A DNA stretch of 64,000 bases from Octopus sinensis (GCF_006345805.1 NC_043004.1:94054001-94118000), one strand, 5' to 3'; counted from the stretch's first letter, positions 24,629-38,827 are shown. A program made the numbers and translations. Notes: generated by a model from the letters alone, not told the origin.

Positions 24629-24990
24629 CAGGGTTTGGACAAAATAATGGAAACACCTTAAAATTTCAAATTTATTTTAATATGAGATATGGACTCGTAT
24701 AAATTGTTTCCAAAAATTGTTCTTGTAGTGATGATGGTGGAGGATATCGACTCCTTACTTGTTTTTCTAAAATATACCACATATGTTCTATAATATTAAG
24801 ATCTGGGTGCTGTGGTGGCCAGATAAGATGTTCAACTTCACTAGAATGTTCTTCGTGCCATTCAGTAACAACTTTAGCGGCGTAAATTGGTACATTATCA
24901 TCCTGACAGATTGCGTTTCCTTCCGGAAACAGTTCCGCAACCATAGGATGAATTTGCTCAGATAAAATACTTAAATAGCCTTGCAAAAGT
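24629..24990 (-). mobile_element. Tc1-family transposon 3' fragment (catalytic C-terminus plus terminus)
   Basis: YLSILSEQIHPMV...QDDNVPIY...WPPQHPDLNIIEHMW. The terminus CAGGGTTTGGACAAAATAATGGAAACACC abuts TA at 24627-24628. Confidence 0.88.
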
Positions 24991-25580
24991 TCGTAGACAA
25001 TGCAGGGTCTGTACGTCGAGACGAAAGCGTGCGTGTGCCGAAAAGGTTGCATGTGCGGGCTTCAGTATTTTCTTACAGTTGGTTTATGGGGATGTAGTTT
25101 TCGAAATGATACATTTATTGGCTTCCATAGAGAGCAAATTCTTTGTGCGTCGGCAGTGTTGTGAAGTGCATCGTAGATCGCATCGCAGTATAGTGCTTTC
25201 TGTTACGCGTACTGTAACAAGTGGAATGAGGGTGCATCTTGATGGTAACAAAGGTTGTCATTCTTTTCCTCTGGTTTAGCGACTGTTGATACGAAGACTG
25301 TAGTTCTGAAGTTCGAAGTCAGCAAAATGCAGCAGTATGTAGGCATTAGAAAGTAGCAATTGTTTTTAGACAGGGTCACCTGTGTAATCGATGAATGTAA
25401 CAACTGTTCGTGCGAAGGTGAAGGCGGAGGCTGCAATTCTTTAACTCGGGGTCACCAATGTAATCAATGCCTGTTATGGTGGAACGTCAGGTAGGCTAGT
25501 GTAATAGTATAACACAGTTCGTAAAGCATGCAAGGTAAAGAAAGTTAATTTCGGCCTGTATGTGTGTATACATTTCTCAT

Positions 25581-25902
25581 CAAGTGACCACGTGATCACG
25601 TGACCGACCAGACCATCAGATTGTTACACATCGCTGGTCACAATGCGTCCGCATTGTTTTAGCCTTCGAATGACGCCACCCCGCTGGCTAAGCGAGCAGG
25701 CCAACAGAAGAAAGAATGGGAGAAAGAGTGGTGAAAGAGTACAGCAGGGATCACCACCCCCTGCCGGAGGAGGTGATCCCTGCATCGTGGAGCATTTAGG
25801 TGTTTTCGCTCAATAAACACACACAACGCCCGGTCTGGGAATCGAAACCGCGATCCTGCGACCGCGAGTCCGCTGCCCTAACCACTAGGCCATTGCGCTT
25901 CC
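25581..25902 (-). mobile_element. SINE with family C (tRNA-Arg-like) head and an alternative tail
   Basis: Head ggaagcgcaatggcctagtggttagggcagcggactcgcggtc...ggtttcgattccc; 11-bp TSD acatttctcat (25570-25580, 25903-25913). Confidence 0.85.
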
Positions 25903-26816
25903 ACATTTCTCATAGAAGCATATATAGAGATATATGGTATTGTTACAGAGAAAAGAAAGTGAGTTAGTGAAAGCGAGAGTGGTAGGACGAAACAACTGCT
26001 TCGTTGTTGAGTTACCACAGTTGTCCCTTTGTACCTTTTCCTTTAGTGACGGCGTTTTGTTTAGCCGGTCAGCCAGACTCGGTTCTCACTAACTGACTTT
26101 TGGTTTGCGGAGTTCTTGTTTTTATAACTATCCAAAACCAGCCAGAAGGATAGACATATTGTTGGGAACAACTGATTTCGTTGGCAGTCTGTTATCTCTA
26201 TTCTAGCTTTTGGTGGCCTAGAAGAGGTTTGAAGGGTCAAGTGGCGATGACATTATTCCGGCTTAGCGAAGGCATCTGGCAAATGTGACTGCTGTCACTC
26301 ACAGAAAAACTACTGTTTTACGCGAGAAAAGTGTTGAACTGTTAAGTGAAATTTGGCTAATCCTAGGTTCGATTTGTTCGACAAAAAAAAAAAAAAAACG
26401 TCAATGTGATGCCCCATCATGGCCGCAGTCAAATGACAAACAAATAATAGATAAAGATAAACCCTTCAAGACGGTGCTCCAGCAAGGTCACAATCCAATG
26501 ACTGAAGCATCCAAAAGGCAGCTAACTAAAGAGATAGCAAAATAACCCCACCAAAATACACATTTATGAAGGTAAACAATGCTAATTCGCAAACTACTTT
26601 GCTACCTAGCTTGCAATCCGCACTAACTAGATAGGCAGGTAGGCAGTTAGCGAGATAACTACTCATTTTTAACTCATTTTTAGTTGTCGACCCTGTTCAA
26701 AATGTGCTGTTTACCTCATTTAATTCTCTCGCTTCCCACCTGTCACTTCTCCACCTGTACTACCCACCTTCTACTGCTCCCAGTGCTTCCCCGTCTCATA
26801 TGCATGTAACACTTCT

Positions 26817-27627
26817 CTATGTATGTATGTATGTATGTATGCATGTATTTATGTATGTATGTATGTATGTATGCATGTATTTATGTATGCATGTATGTAT
26901 GTATTTATGTATGTATGCATGTATGTATGTATGTATGTATGGATGGATGTATGTATGTATGCATGTATTTATGTATGTATGTATGTATGTATGTATGTAT
27001 GTATGTATGTATGTATGTATGTATGTATGTATGTATGTATGTATGTATTTATGTATGTATGTATGTATTTATGTATGTATGTATGTATGTATGTATGTAT
27101 GTATGTATGTATGTATGTATGTATGCATGTATTTATGTATGGATGGATGTATTTATGTATGTATGTATGTATGTATGTATGTATGCATGTATTTATGTAT
27201 GTATGTATGTATGTATGTATGTATGGATGGATGTATGTATGTATGCATGTATTTATGTATGTATGTATGTATGCATGTATTTATGTATGTATGTATGTAT
27301 GTATGTATTTATGTATGTATGTATGTATTTATGTATGTATGTATGTATGTATGCATGTATTTATGTATGTATGTATGTATGCATGTATTTATGTATGCAT
27401 GTATGTATGTATTTATGTATGTATGCATGCATGTATGCATGTATGTATGTATGTATGTATGTATGTATGTATGTATGTATGTATGTATGCATGCATGTAT
27501 GTATGTATGCATGCATGTATGTATGTATGCAGGTATGTATGTATGTATGCAGGTATGTATGTATGTATGTATGCATGCATGTATGTCTTATGTATGTATG
27601 TATGTATGTATGTATGTATGTATGTAT
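26817..27627. repeat. (TATG)n array of about 810 bp with recurring CATG/TTTA/GATG variants
   Basis: Direct reading. Confidence 0.97.
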
Positions 27628-28314
27628 TATGCTTGTTATTGGTCTGTCTTTCTGTTTATCTGTGTTCTATCTATCTAGTTAGCTAGCTAGTTAGCTATTT
27701 GGCTAGCTAGCTGATTATCTGTCTGTCTGTCTGCTTATCTTCCCGGGCGTCTATTTGCTTGCAAGCATGTGTGTGTGTGTGTGTGTGTGTGAAGACCCTA
27801 GCCCTAACCCTAACCCTAATCTGTCGATCTATTTCTGTGTCTCTCAGTCTCTGTCTGTCTCTCTCTCTCTACCTCTCTCCCTGTCGTTCTCTCGGTCTAT
27901 TTCCCCCACCCACCCCACTTTTTCTATGTTTTCATGACCTTACTCACACCCCGATACCCAGGCCTCCGTAATTAACACATGCCCAAATGACAGTATTTAC
28001 CATCATTAGGTGTTGAACTACAAAGAAAACAACCGACAGGCATAGAGGCGTCCATACATAATACACTAATACACAAACACACTACCTCTGTCATATACGC
28101 ATGCACAAATGCATATGCATATATGTACACACATTCCCTCATAGATGTATACGCACACGCATATACAGACATTAGCATGTAATTATATATGCACTCGCAT
28201 GTATATTTGCATAAACATATATGCATGCACACGATGCAGCCAACGTATGTGTACACTCATACACAGATGCAGATACACACACGTATACACACACGCACAC
28301 ACATATACTTATGC

Positions 28315-28347
<33 letters not shown>

Positions 28348-28436
28348 AATATATATTCTTATATTCTTTTATTCTTTTATTCTTCTATTTGTGCTTGTCA
28401 TTTGACTGCGGCCATGCTTGAGCATTTTAATTATAT

Positions 28437-28518
28437 AATAATAATAAGAAGAATAAGAAGAAATAATAATAATAAGAATAAGAAGAATAATAATAATAAT
28501 AATATAATAATAATAATA

Positions 28519-28568
<50 letters not shown>

Positions 28569-28779
28569 TGAGGGAATATTATTCCAAACTTACAGGAAAG
28601 TATTCAATTTAGAAATACTAAATCAATTGTTATATGTTTTATCTTATATTTAATCTTCCTATAGATGGTATAATTTAAATTTTCATAATTGAATTGATAA
28701 AAGGTGGTTTTATTCTTATATATATATATATAATATATATTATATATATATATATATATAAATATATAATATATATATA

Positions 28780-28860
<81 letters not shown>

Positions 28861-28870
28861 TATATATACA
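28437..28870. repeat. (AAT)n and (TA)n arrays
   Basis: Direct reading. Confidence 0.93.
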
Positions 28871-29008
28871 TACATATAAAGACATACACACAGATACAGA
28901 CACTCACATATACACCCATAGACATATACGCGCGCGTGCAGGAAATTCAATCGCATACAGACACAGACACATTTACATGCCCGCTCATGCACACACACAC
29001 ACACACGC

Positions 29009-29044
<36 letters not shown>

Positions 29045-29405
29045 TCACAAAGGCACACATTCACGTACGCACACAGACGCACACATACACTTCAACAAAC
29101 ACAAAGCTATGTGTTAAAATACACTTAAATACGCATACACATTGAAAGAGACATAATACTGCAACGGAGAGCATTGTTACTAACAATAGGCCTTCTGCGG
29201 TTACTGCTGCTGCTGCTGCTACTACTGCTACTACTGCTATTTAATAATGAAGTTAATTACCATATAAAGAAGGTTACACAGGCAATACGATCCTTTTAAT
29301 GTTGTGATTATTTGTCCATGTGTGTATTTAAAACAAAAAGGATCCCCGATTTATTATGTAACAAACTTATATAAACTAGGAAAACTTCATTAAATTAATA
29401 TTAAT

Positions 29406-29826
29406 TAGGTGTAGGAGTGGCTGTGTGGTAAGTAGCTTGCTTACCAACCACATGATTCCGGGTTCAGTCCCACTGCGTGGCACCTTGGGCAAGTGTCTTC
29501 TACTATAGCTTCGGGCCGGCCAAAACTTTGTGATTGGATTTGGTAGACGGAAACTGAAAGAAGCCCGTCGTATATATGTATATATATATATGCGTGTGTT
29601 TGTGTGTTTGTGTGTTTGTGTTTGTCCGCCGCCCCCCTCCAACATCGCTTGACAACCGATGCTGGTGTGTTTACGTCCCCATAACTTAGCGGTTCGGCAA
29701 AAGACACCGATAGAATAAGTACTGGGCTTACAAGAGAATAAGTCCCGGGGTCGAGTTGCTCGACTAAAGGCAGTGCTCCAGCATGGTCACAGTCAAATGA
29801 CTTAAACAAGTAATAGAGAATAAAAG
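29406..29826 (+). mobile_element. SINE family A copy
   Basis: Full head-to-tail match. Confidence 0.9.
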
Positions 29827-32503
29827 ACAATAATGCTTATTTCTACATACTGGAAAGTATCAATAAATAATAAATTAGATTACTGCCTTCCACTATATTT
29901 AACATGGTACTGACTTAGCTATTATTTGTTTGTACAGATGAGGTTTCTAGGTAGCTTCCTCCAGTCACTATGACCTTGGTGTTATTGTATTTCAATATTC
30001 TGTCCAATTATTACTCTGGTAAATACGGAGAAATCTACGCTCTGCTGAAGAGGCTCCATAAAACCGAAATATGTTTGGAGTTGTTGCCCGTACTTGCAAG
30101 CATTAAATTAAAATATCAGTCCTCGAGCTAACGCTTTCTTCGCCATACAGCATTAATTATTATTAATTATTCAATTAGATTTTTTAAGTATAATGACACT
30201 AATTTGACTCGAAGAAGAGGATTTTGGCGATTCAGTCAGAACCGTTCGTCAGAGACAGAGGAAAATGTATGGCAGTACATAAATATGAAGTCCAGTGTAG
30301 AGCTGCAGATTAGAGAGAGACAATGTAGATAATGAACAACAGTAGGGGAGGAGATTCTGCTCTTTCATTTTCATAGAATAGGGGTAATTTTCTATCCAAC
30401 AACGAGAAATCCAAATGAATGGAATATTCTTCTTTTTTTTTCTGGTGGTGTGTTGATGAGTCAAGCATCAAATTATTCAACTGTAATCTGTGCAATCCAC
30501 CAAGCTGTATGTAGGAGCCATTGCTTAATCACCTACAAGTCAGACATGGCTTACAGCTCTCTTAGTTCTGTACTGTCTTTTAACTTCAGTTTAACCCTGA
30601 TTGAGCAGACCTATGTTAAAATGTGTTCAGCCATGACCACCGTAAATTTTTCTGATAGATATAATGTATTTAAAAGTACATTAAATAATATATTTTCCTT
30701 TTCAACGATAGTAATGTAGAGATAGACAAACCACGGTCCGAAATGCAACCCGTAGAGATTCTTGCGATTTTTTACACTATTCTTTGAGTGAAGATCCCGC
30801 TTAATGAGACCACAATTAGATTTCGATATGTTGAACACGAAAATGAAATAAAAAAAAGAAGTGTGGTAATTTGCTCTGTTCAGTCTAGAGCTATGAGTCG
30901 AGTGAACCTCTGAGGATGTTGAAATCGGATGTTTCAGCATCCGTCAGAAACTTCGTATTAAGAAGGTCTCTCTCCTCCCTGAACTATTAGGAATTGTCAT
31001 GACATAAGAACGACTAACTACTGTTCATTATTGTCCCAAATTCAAGGGCTTTTATAAAAAATTTCAAAACAAAAAGAAAATTGATAGAAGTCCTCTAAAT
31101 AAAAATTGAAATTATATATGGTGAACCGATTTTCTTTAAAACATTCTTTATTAATTACACAACTGTTTTTATCTTTTTATTATAGTTTTTCATGATTTAG
31201 TATACATTTCTTCCATTTTGTTTAAAATAGTAAAAATTCAAAATCCGGCCTCAAATATATACAAACCTTCATGGCTGTATTTTCTTATTGGTGTGTGTTG
31301 CTACTGTTTATAGTAGACTGTGCCAATCTCATAAATGCTGAAATTACCATCGGAATTTGAGTATTTTCAGCGTTTGATACAACACACCATCAAAGAGTGT
31401 TTTATTTCTTGTTTGTGATTAGAGCATGGTGTGTATGAATTTATTCTTGTATTGCGCATTGCTATGAGTATTGCATTCATTATGTATCACCTTATTAGAA
31501 ATTTTGTATAGGATAGTTGCATTCTTTACTATTGTTTTTCCCACAAAATCAAATAACAAAAAAAAACTCATGTCTCGTAATGCCAACACCAGTCACATTG
31601 GACTTTCTTACAATAAGCCGAAGTAAACACGTACTAATACTGCTTCCGACACAAATTATTATATATACACATTCACGCACACGAGGATACCATAATTTTC
31701 CCATTTCAGGTTCTATCAAAATTTGTGTTATTCCCTACACCTACGATGTTGTGTCTTTATTACATAATATACATGTTTACGGCATCATTCATTTCCCAAC
31801 AGAAACAGCTGTAAAGAAAAAGACTTTTACATCACACCATTTATCTATTTGCATCTAACAACTTACTTTCCATGTTAATGCACTCATTGCGCCTATTTTT
31901 GTTTATCTGATGCGTGTTTGTGCGTGTGTGTAAACGTGCGCATGTGTATCAGGTTTGAAATTACAGAAAAGTATTCTTAGTTGTTGACAAACATTACTTT
32001 CGCCTTGAACGTATTTTTTTGTACATTCGAACTCTTCAGCGGAAGTGCATTATCCTCCTTCGTCAATGAAGTATGGAAGAGCGAACGCGAAGGCAAAAAT
32101 AGAAACGTGTTAAATACAGACGTAAAATACAGAAAACTTATACATTGGGAGTGTATCAAATTTTAGTTAGAATTTTAATTTTGTTTTGAATGGGTTTGTC
32201 GCGAAGGAAGAGCAAACCCCAAGGTCCTTTTCGGGGCTTCTTCCTTAAATGAGTAACGAAATTGCGCAATAGGTTTGCTACACATGCCAGCCTACCGAAC
32301 ATACTGCGTAAACGCACCCAATATTGTTTCTGAAAGACGGTAGTAATGATATGGAATGAAACTGGGTGTGTATATGATGCTTAAAATATGTTTCCAATAG
32401 GTATATATACACTCATACATATTTGTGCACCTACACACAATCCCGCCAACATACACGTACAGGCACATATATACACATATACACAAGGACACACACACAC
32501 ACA

Positions 32504-32534
32504 AATAATAATAATAATAATGATGATGATGATG

Positions 32535-32568
<34 letters not shown>

Positions 32569-33106
32569 TAATAATAATGATGATGATGATAATAATAATA
32601 ATAATGATAATAATAATATTAATAATAATATTAATAATGATAATAATAATAACAACAACAACAACAACAACAATAAAATTATCATTATTGTTGTTATTAT
32701 TATTGTAGCTGTTTTCAATATTATCTAATATAATATAAATTCGGTGAATCAAAGCATATATCTCACAATAAAGTTTTTAATATAGATAAATACATATACA
32801 TGCTTGGATTTTTTTATATTCACAGACCTTCGATATTAATTTTAAGTCGTATTATTGTATCACAATATTTGTTTTGTTTCTTCTTACAAGAAACTTGATG
32901 TGTGTAGATGAGAACTGTGCGTGTGTATGTATAATTTTGTATGTATGTGCTTTCCTCTGCGTGTGTGTGCATGTGTGTGTGTGAGAATACACAGAGAAAA
33001 ACTTATATACGCATATATAATGATGTAACTACAAAGGAGTAACTTAGAAAATGAAAAGGAAATATACAATACTAAACATAGGGTGAAATATTTTATTAGC
33101 TGCAAG

Positions 33107-33143
<37 letters not shown>

Positions 33144-33267
33144 CATATATATATATATATATTATATATATATATATATACACACATATATATACACGTA
33201 TATACATATATAATATACGTATATACATATACATATAATATATATATATATCATGCATATATATACG

Positions 33268-33307
<40 letters not shown>

Positions 33308-33322
33308 GTATTATATATAATG

Positions 33323-33355
<33 letters not shown>

Positions 33356-33375
33356 TATATAACTAATATATATAT
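32504..33375. repeat. (AAT/GAT/AAC)n array (32504-32675) and (TA)n array (33110-33375)
   Basis: Direct reading. Confidence 0.93.
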
Positions 33376-33887
33376 GCACACACACACACATAATATATAT
33401 ACAGAAAGAGGGATAGATAGATAGATACATACAACATACACTACATATACATACATATGTTTGCATGTTTGCGTATACGTTTGTGTTAGTTTATATCTAT
33501 TTTGTCTATGCGTGCCTGTGTGTGTGTGTGTGTACACGTGTGTGCGTGCAAGTGTGCATGTGCAGGAATGCACGCGTGTGTACGTGTATGTGTATATGCA
33601 TATGTGTGTGTGTGGTGGGTGGGTGGGTGGGTGGGTGTTGAGTACAACCTACATAAACACACTCCAGTGTTGTGTTGCTCAGTTTTCCTCCCTCGATGAA
33701 ACTGAAGCCGGTGTTTGTAAATTAATTTACATTTTTCCCTCTTTCTGTTTTTTTATCTTTTGTTCAGCTGTGAAGATATTTTGTCACCCATCATTCGCAG
33801 GGTGGAATAGATATCTCGTGTACGCACCACTCTCTGCTGACAAGCCACCACAGCCCAAAAGGCAAGTGCCAACAGTAACGATACGAC

Positions 33888-33969
33888 TGTCACCATCATC
33901 ACCACCACCACCACCACCACCACCACCACCACCACCACCACTGCTGTCATCATCATCATTATCATCATC

Positions 33970-34001
<32 letters not shown>

Positions 34002-34014
34002 CACCATCACCATC

Positions 34015-34102
<88 letters not shown>

Positions 34103-34230
34103 CCATCATCATCACCTCATCATCATCATCACCTATCATCATCATCACATCATCATCATCACCATCATCCATCACCACCATCATCCTCATCCATCATCAT
34201 CACCATCATCATCATCATCATCACCATCAC

Positions 34231-34265
<35 letters not shown>

Positions 34266-34369
34266 CCCACCATCATCATCATCATCACCATCATCATCAT
34301 CATACCATCATCATCATCATCATCACCATCACCATTCATCATCATCATCATCATCATCATCACCTCATC

Positions 34370-34401
<32 letters not shown>

Positions 34402-34503
34402 CATCATCATCACTCATCATCACCATCATCATCATCATCACCCTCATCATCACCATCATCATCAAATCACCATCATCATCATCATCACCTCATCATCATC
34501 ATC

Positions 34504-34541
<38 letters not shown>

Positions 34542-34712
34542 CCATCATCATCATCACCATCATCATCACCATCATCATCATCATCATCATCACTATTACC
34601 TTCAACCTCGTTGCTGCAATCATCTATCGTCATCATTACTGCCATTATCGCTACAGCTGCTATCGTCTCCACCACCACCACCACCACCACCATTATCATC
34701 ATCATCATCATA
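33888..34712. repeat. (CAT/CAC)n array of at least 820 bp running into the assembly gap
   Basis: Direct reading. Confidence 0.97.
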
Positions 34713-34713
34713 A

Positions 34714-34813
34714 NNNNNNNNNNNNNNNNNNNNNNNNNNNNNNNNNNNNNNNNNNNNNNNNNNNNNNNNNNNNNNNNNNNNNNNNNNNNNNNNNNNNNNN
34801 NNNNNNNNNNNNN
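34714..34813. other. Assembly gap of exactly 100 N
   Basis: The round number suggests a placeholder gap of unknown true size. Confidence 0.98.
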
Positions 34814-35139
34814 AAAGATGTATGTATGTGCATATGAAATGGACGTGTGTGTGTGCGCGCGTTTGAGAGAGAGAGAGAGACAGAGAGAAAGAGAGAGAGA
34901 AAGTGAGTGAGTGAAGATGGTATCCGTGATGATTGATGTCTTTTAACGTAGACACACACATAGAAAATGTGACGTCATCGTAAAAATGTTTACGATAGAT
35001 TTATGGAAAAGATTATAATGTTAAATTTTGAAATGCAAATATGTGAATGGAAACTAAGTTAGTTTGTAGCCGAAATAATACTGAATCTTTTGATACACAT
35101 ACGTCAAAATCGGTAACTCGGTTTTGAAATGCATAAGGA

Positions 35140-35186
<47 letters not shown>

Positions 35187-35356
35187 TATAATCTTCCTTA
35201 TGCATTTTTTGACTATTTTTTGACTTTATTAAATTTTTTTGACTATTTATTAAATTTTATGTATTGATTAAGTCTTTCCTTGTTTGTTTTGCAAAATAGT
35301 GGTTTTGTCTCAAATAATATTTTATATATATATATTATATATACATATTTATATAT

Positions 35357-35710
35357 GTAGGAGTGGCTGCGTGGCATCTTGGGCAAGTGTCTTCTGCTAT
35401 AGCTTCGGGCCGACCAAAACCTTGTGAGTGGATTTGGTAGACGGAAACTGAAAAGAAGCCCGTTGTATATATGTATATATATATATTCGTGTGTGTGTTT
35501 GTGTGTTTGTGTTTGTCCCCCTAGCATTGCTTGACAACCGATGCTGGTGTGTTTATGTCTACGTTACTTAGCGGTTCGGCAAAAGAGACCGATAGAATAA
35601 GTACTGGGCTTACAAAAGAATAAGTCCCGGGGTCGAGTTGCTCGATTAAAGGCGGTGCTCCAGCATGGCCGCAGTCAGATGACTGAAACAAGTAAAAGAG
35701 TAAAAGAGAG
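35357..35710 (+). mobile_element. SINE family A copy lacking about 50 bp of the head, including the B box
   Basis: Reads ggagtggctgcgtggcatc, a fusion at ctg(t/c)gtgg. Confidence 0.9.
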
Positions 35711-35906
35711 TATATATATATAGGACAGACTTCTTTCAAACTGAAAGTATTATCTCACATTACAATAGAGACGTAATAGTGTACGAGATAAGAGATTGTT
35801 CGGGGCTCGCATTAGGCAAGAAGATGACACTGCATGGACCCTAAGTAAGGCATGTGTAAAATTAGAATGAAATCGGTTTAGTCTCGAGTTTTAGGGATTC
35901 GCACAG

Positions 35907-35937
<31 letters not shown>

Positions 35938-35954
35938 CTCACACACATTCTCAT

Positions 35955-35985
<31 letters not shown>

Positions 35986-36748
35986 GATTAAGGATTTTTT
36001 TTATAAGAGGAGTAAATAATGTAGTTCTTAGAGCCATCTCTAGCATGTGGCGGTATTATTAGTGCCCTTATTATTGCTAAAGGCGGTGCTCCAGCATGGA
36101 CACAGTCAAATGACTGAAACAAGTAAAAGAGTAAAGAGTAAAAGAGTATATAATTATAAATTTGTATTAATTGTTACGTATATGGCTCCATTATATACTG
36201 GGTACAATCTTATGAAGATTTTATCCTTCATATATATATATATATAGATATATATATATATTATATAATATAATATATACTAAAAAATTTTTTTAATAAT
36301 ATTTTTGTTGTTTATGTAAAATCTCAGAAAATAATTAAAAATTCACATGGCCGACAAACACAGACTTAAAGACACACACATATCGTAATATACTTATATA
36401 TATATATGTATATACGACGAGCTTCTTTCAGTTTCCGTCTACAAAATCCACTCACAAGGCTGTTTGGTCGTCCGAGTTTAATTAGAAGACACTTGCCTAG
36501 GGCCCGATATGTATATATTAATATATAATATAGATATATATATATACATATATATATACATATATACAAACATAATATATATATATAGATATAAACATAT
36601 ATACATACATAAATATATATATATATATACACACACATACATATATATTATATACATACATTATACACACACCACACACATTATAATATACATATATACA
36701 AAACATATATATTATATATATATACATAGAAATATAATATATATATAT

Positions 36749-36799
<51 letters not shown>

Positions 36800-37301
36800 A
36801 AACAAATCCTTCAAAGGGGCTCAAACCCACGCTACTACTCTTGTCAGAATTTAGTGGTTGGAAAGAGAAAAGTCACTACAGGCATGAATAGCGACGATAT
36901 CTTATAAACTTTATCTCTTCTATCTCTTTAACGCACTCAAAAGCATATCTACCCGAACACTTAATGGTTGACGTATTCTTTTACGATTTGATACATTTGA
37001 ATTACTGAAACAGCGTTCGTACGCTGAGTGAGCACGTCACTGACTCACTGTACATTACAAACTCACTGAGCTAAACCCATCCTGTTAAAACTTTCGTACT
37101 ACAGTACAGAGCGCTTTTCCAGGTTCGTGCTGATGACACATGTAAATATGCCATTCGCAGCCTCCGTGATAAGTAAATGGCAGAAACTAGAGCTGAACGA
37201 ATTACTATGTGGTGATGCTTCAAGCAAGTAGAAAACACTCGATCGTCTAAGAGAATAAAGTTAATCTTAAATTTAAAAAAAACACAAATCTTACAGCTAT
37301 C

Positions 37302-37703
37302 CAGGGTTTCCTAGTCGAAATACTATCGACGTTTTCGATCTAGTTTGGATTCTTTGCCATCAAATTTGAATTCTTTGTAATCAAATTAATATTTTTCAAA
37401 TGGTGCTCAAGCCTTGAAAAAAGAAGAGTTAAACTACATCAGCGGTAACTGTTACTCGAACTTCGCTCTAACCCCGCACTTGGGAGAACAAACTCGAGTT
37501 GGATAAACTTGAATAGTAAGCTCTTTGCACTTTATAACGTAGCAAATTCACCATACGTAAGCATAAAGGAAAAAATGAGCTCATACTAATCCTGATATAA
37601 CGACCTGCCTGAATGCGTCCACGTGTCATCTAAGACACATGCATGCCATGTACAATAGACAGTCTAATTAAAAGGCATACCACGGGGGGAGAGAGGATGT
37701 AGC
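37302..37703 (+). repeat. Second, internally deleted copy of the 22043-22742 repeat
   Basis: Reverse-complement match to 22043-22200, 22340-22440 and 22670-22742. Begins with CAGGGTTTCC. Confidence 0.7.
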
Positions 37704-37831
37704 TTGTATACTTTACCAGGTACTAAGTACACTCGTGTACCACAATTTGTACAGATATGTTGATGGAGAACGCAGGACGAAATATATTTCCTACCAATAG
37801 TCGTCTCATACTTTTGTCATAGTTTATCTAG

Positions 37832-38216
37832 TGGAGGCGCAATGGCCCAGTGGTTAGGGTAGCGGACTCGCGGTCGGAGGATCGCGGTTTCGATTCCCAG
37901 ACCGGGCATTGTGAGTGTTTATTGAGCGAAAACACCTAAAGCTCCACGAGGCTCCGGCAGGGGATGGTGGTGAACCCTGCTGTACTCTTTCACCACAACT
38001 TTCTCTCGCTCTTTCTTCCTGTTTCTCTTGTACCTGTATTTCAAAGGGCCAGCCTTGTCACAATCTGTGTCACGCTGAATCTCCTCGAGAACTACGTTAA
38101 GGGTACACGTGTCTGTGGAGTGCTCAGCCACTTGCACGTTAATATCACGAGCAAGCTGTTCCGTTGATCGTATCAGCTGGGACCCTCATCGTCGCAACCG
38201 ACGGAGTGCTCCTATC
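37832..38216 (+). mobile_element. SINE family C, full length (tRNA-Arg-like head)
   Basis: A box tggcccagtgg, B box ggtttcgattccc; perfect 14-bp TSD catagtttatctag (37818-37831, 38217-38230). Confidence 0.9.
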
Positions 38217-38252
38217 CATAGTTTATCTAGGACGTTTAGTGCTTTGATATAG

Positions 38253-38411
38253 TTGTTAATTGTAGCACGTTGAACAATCTTGTCGAAGCTGCTTCGTTGA
38301 CCCGTGCAGTGAATGCCTCGGTAATTCGTATGAAAACTCCTGCCTCAAAAGAAGATATTTGTTTTGTTCTGTGTTATAATGAAGGAACTGAAAACACGTG
38401 TGACCCAGTTG
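38253..38411 (+). CDS. Internal coding exon, copy 1 (phase 1-1, 159 nt): VNCSTLNNLVEAASLTRAVNASVIRMKTPASKEDICFVLCYNEGTENTCDPV; gene unidentified
   Basis: Acceptor tttgatatag|, donor G|GTAAGT, open frame, length divisible by 3. Paralogous to 39876-40040 with many synonymous differences. Confidence 0.6.
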
Positions 38412-38827
38412 GTAAGTCACTAGATAACAGTTACTGCCAGTTCACTACACTTGGGTTAACAATGATCTTTGATTCAGGCACCTGACCAACAATTTTGCAG
38501 GTTAACCCCACTATTTTATCGACCACAGAGGAATGAAAGGCAGATTTGACCTTAGCAGGATCTGAACACGGGATGTAAGATACTTGCACAATTGCAATAA
38601 TGCAATTTCTTCCGAGACCATAACGATTCGCCACTTCTTCCTAGGATTGAAAATGGTTTGAAGTTGTTGGCACAAGGTCAACAAGTTTAAGAAAAGGGAG
38701 CAAATAGATTACATTGTCTCTTGCGCTCAACTGGTTTATATTTTATCGATTCCGAAAGGATGAAAATCAAAGTTGACCTCTGCAGGTATTGTATACTTTA
38801 CTAGCTATTGAACACTATCTTCTTTCA

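Noticed and set aside
27796-27819. (CCCTAA)4-like tract as a telomere or fusion scar
   Set aside because: Only four units inside a microsatellite-rich region, with no inverted array.
33461-34837. 458-aa Pro/Ser/His/Ile-rich ORF
   Set aside because: It is a translation of a (CAT/CAC)n array that lacks stops in that frame and runs through the N gap; there is no domain content.
37832-37905. SINE C head as a tRNA-Arg gene
   Set aside because: The cloverleaf is incomplete, and it continues into a SINE body bounded by a TSD.
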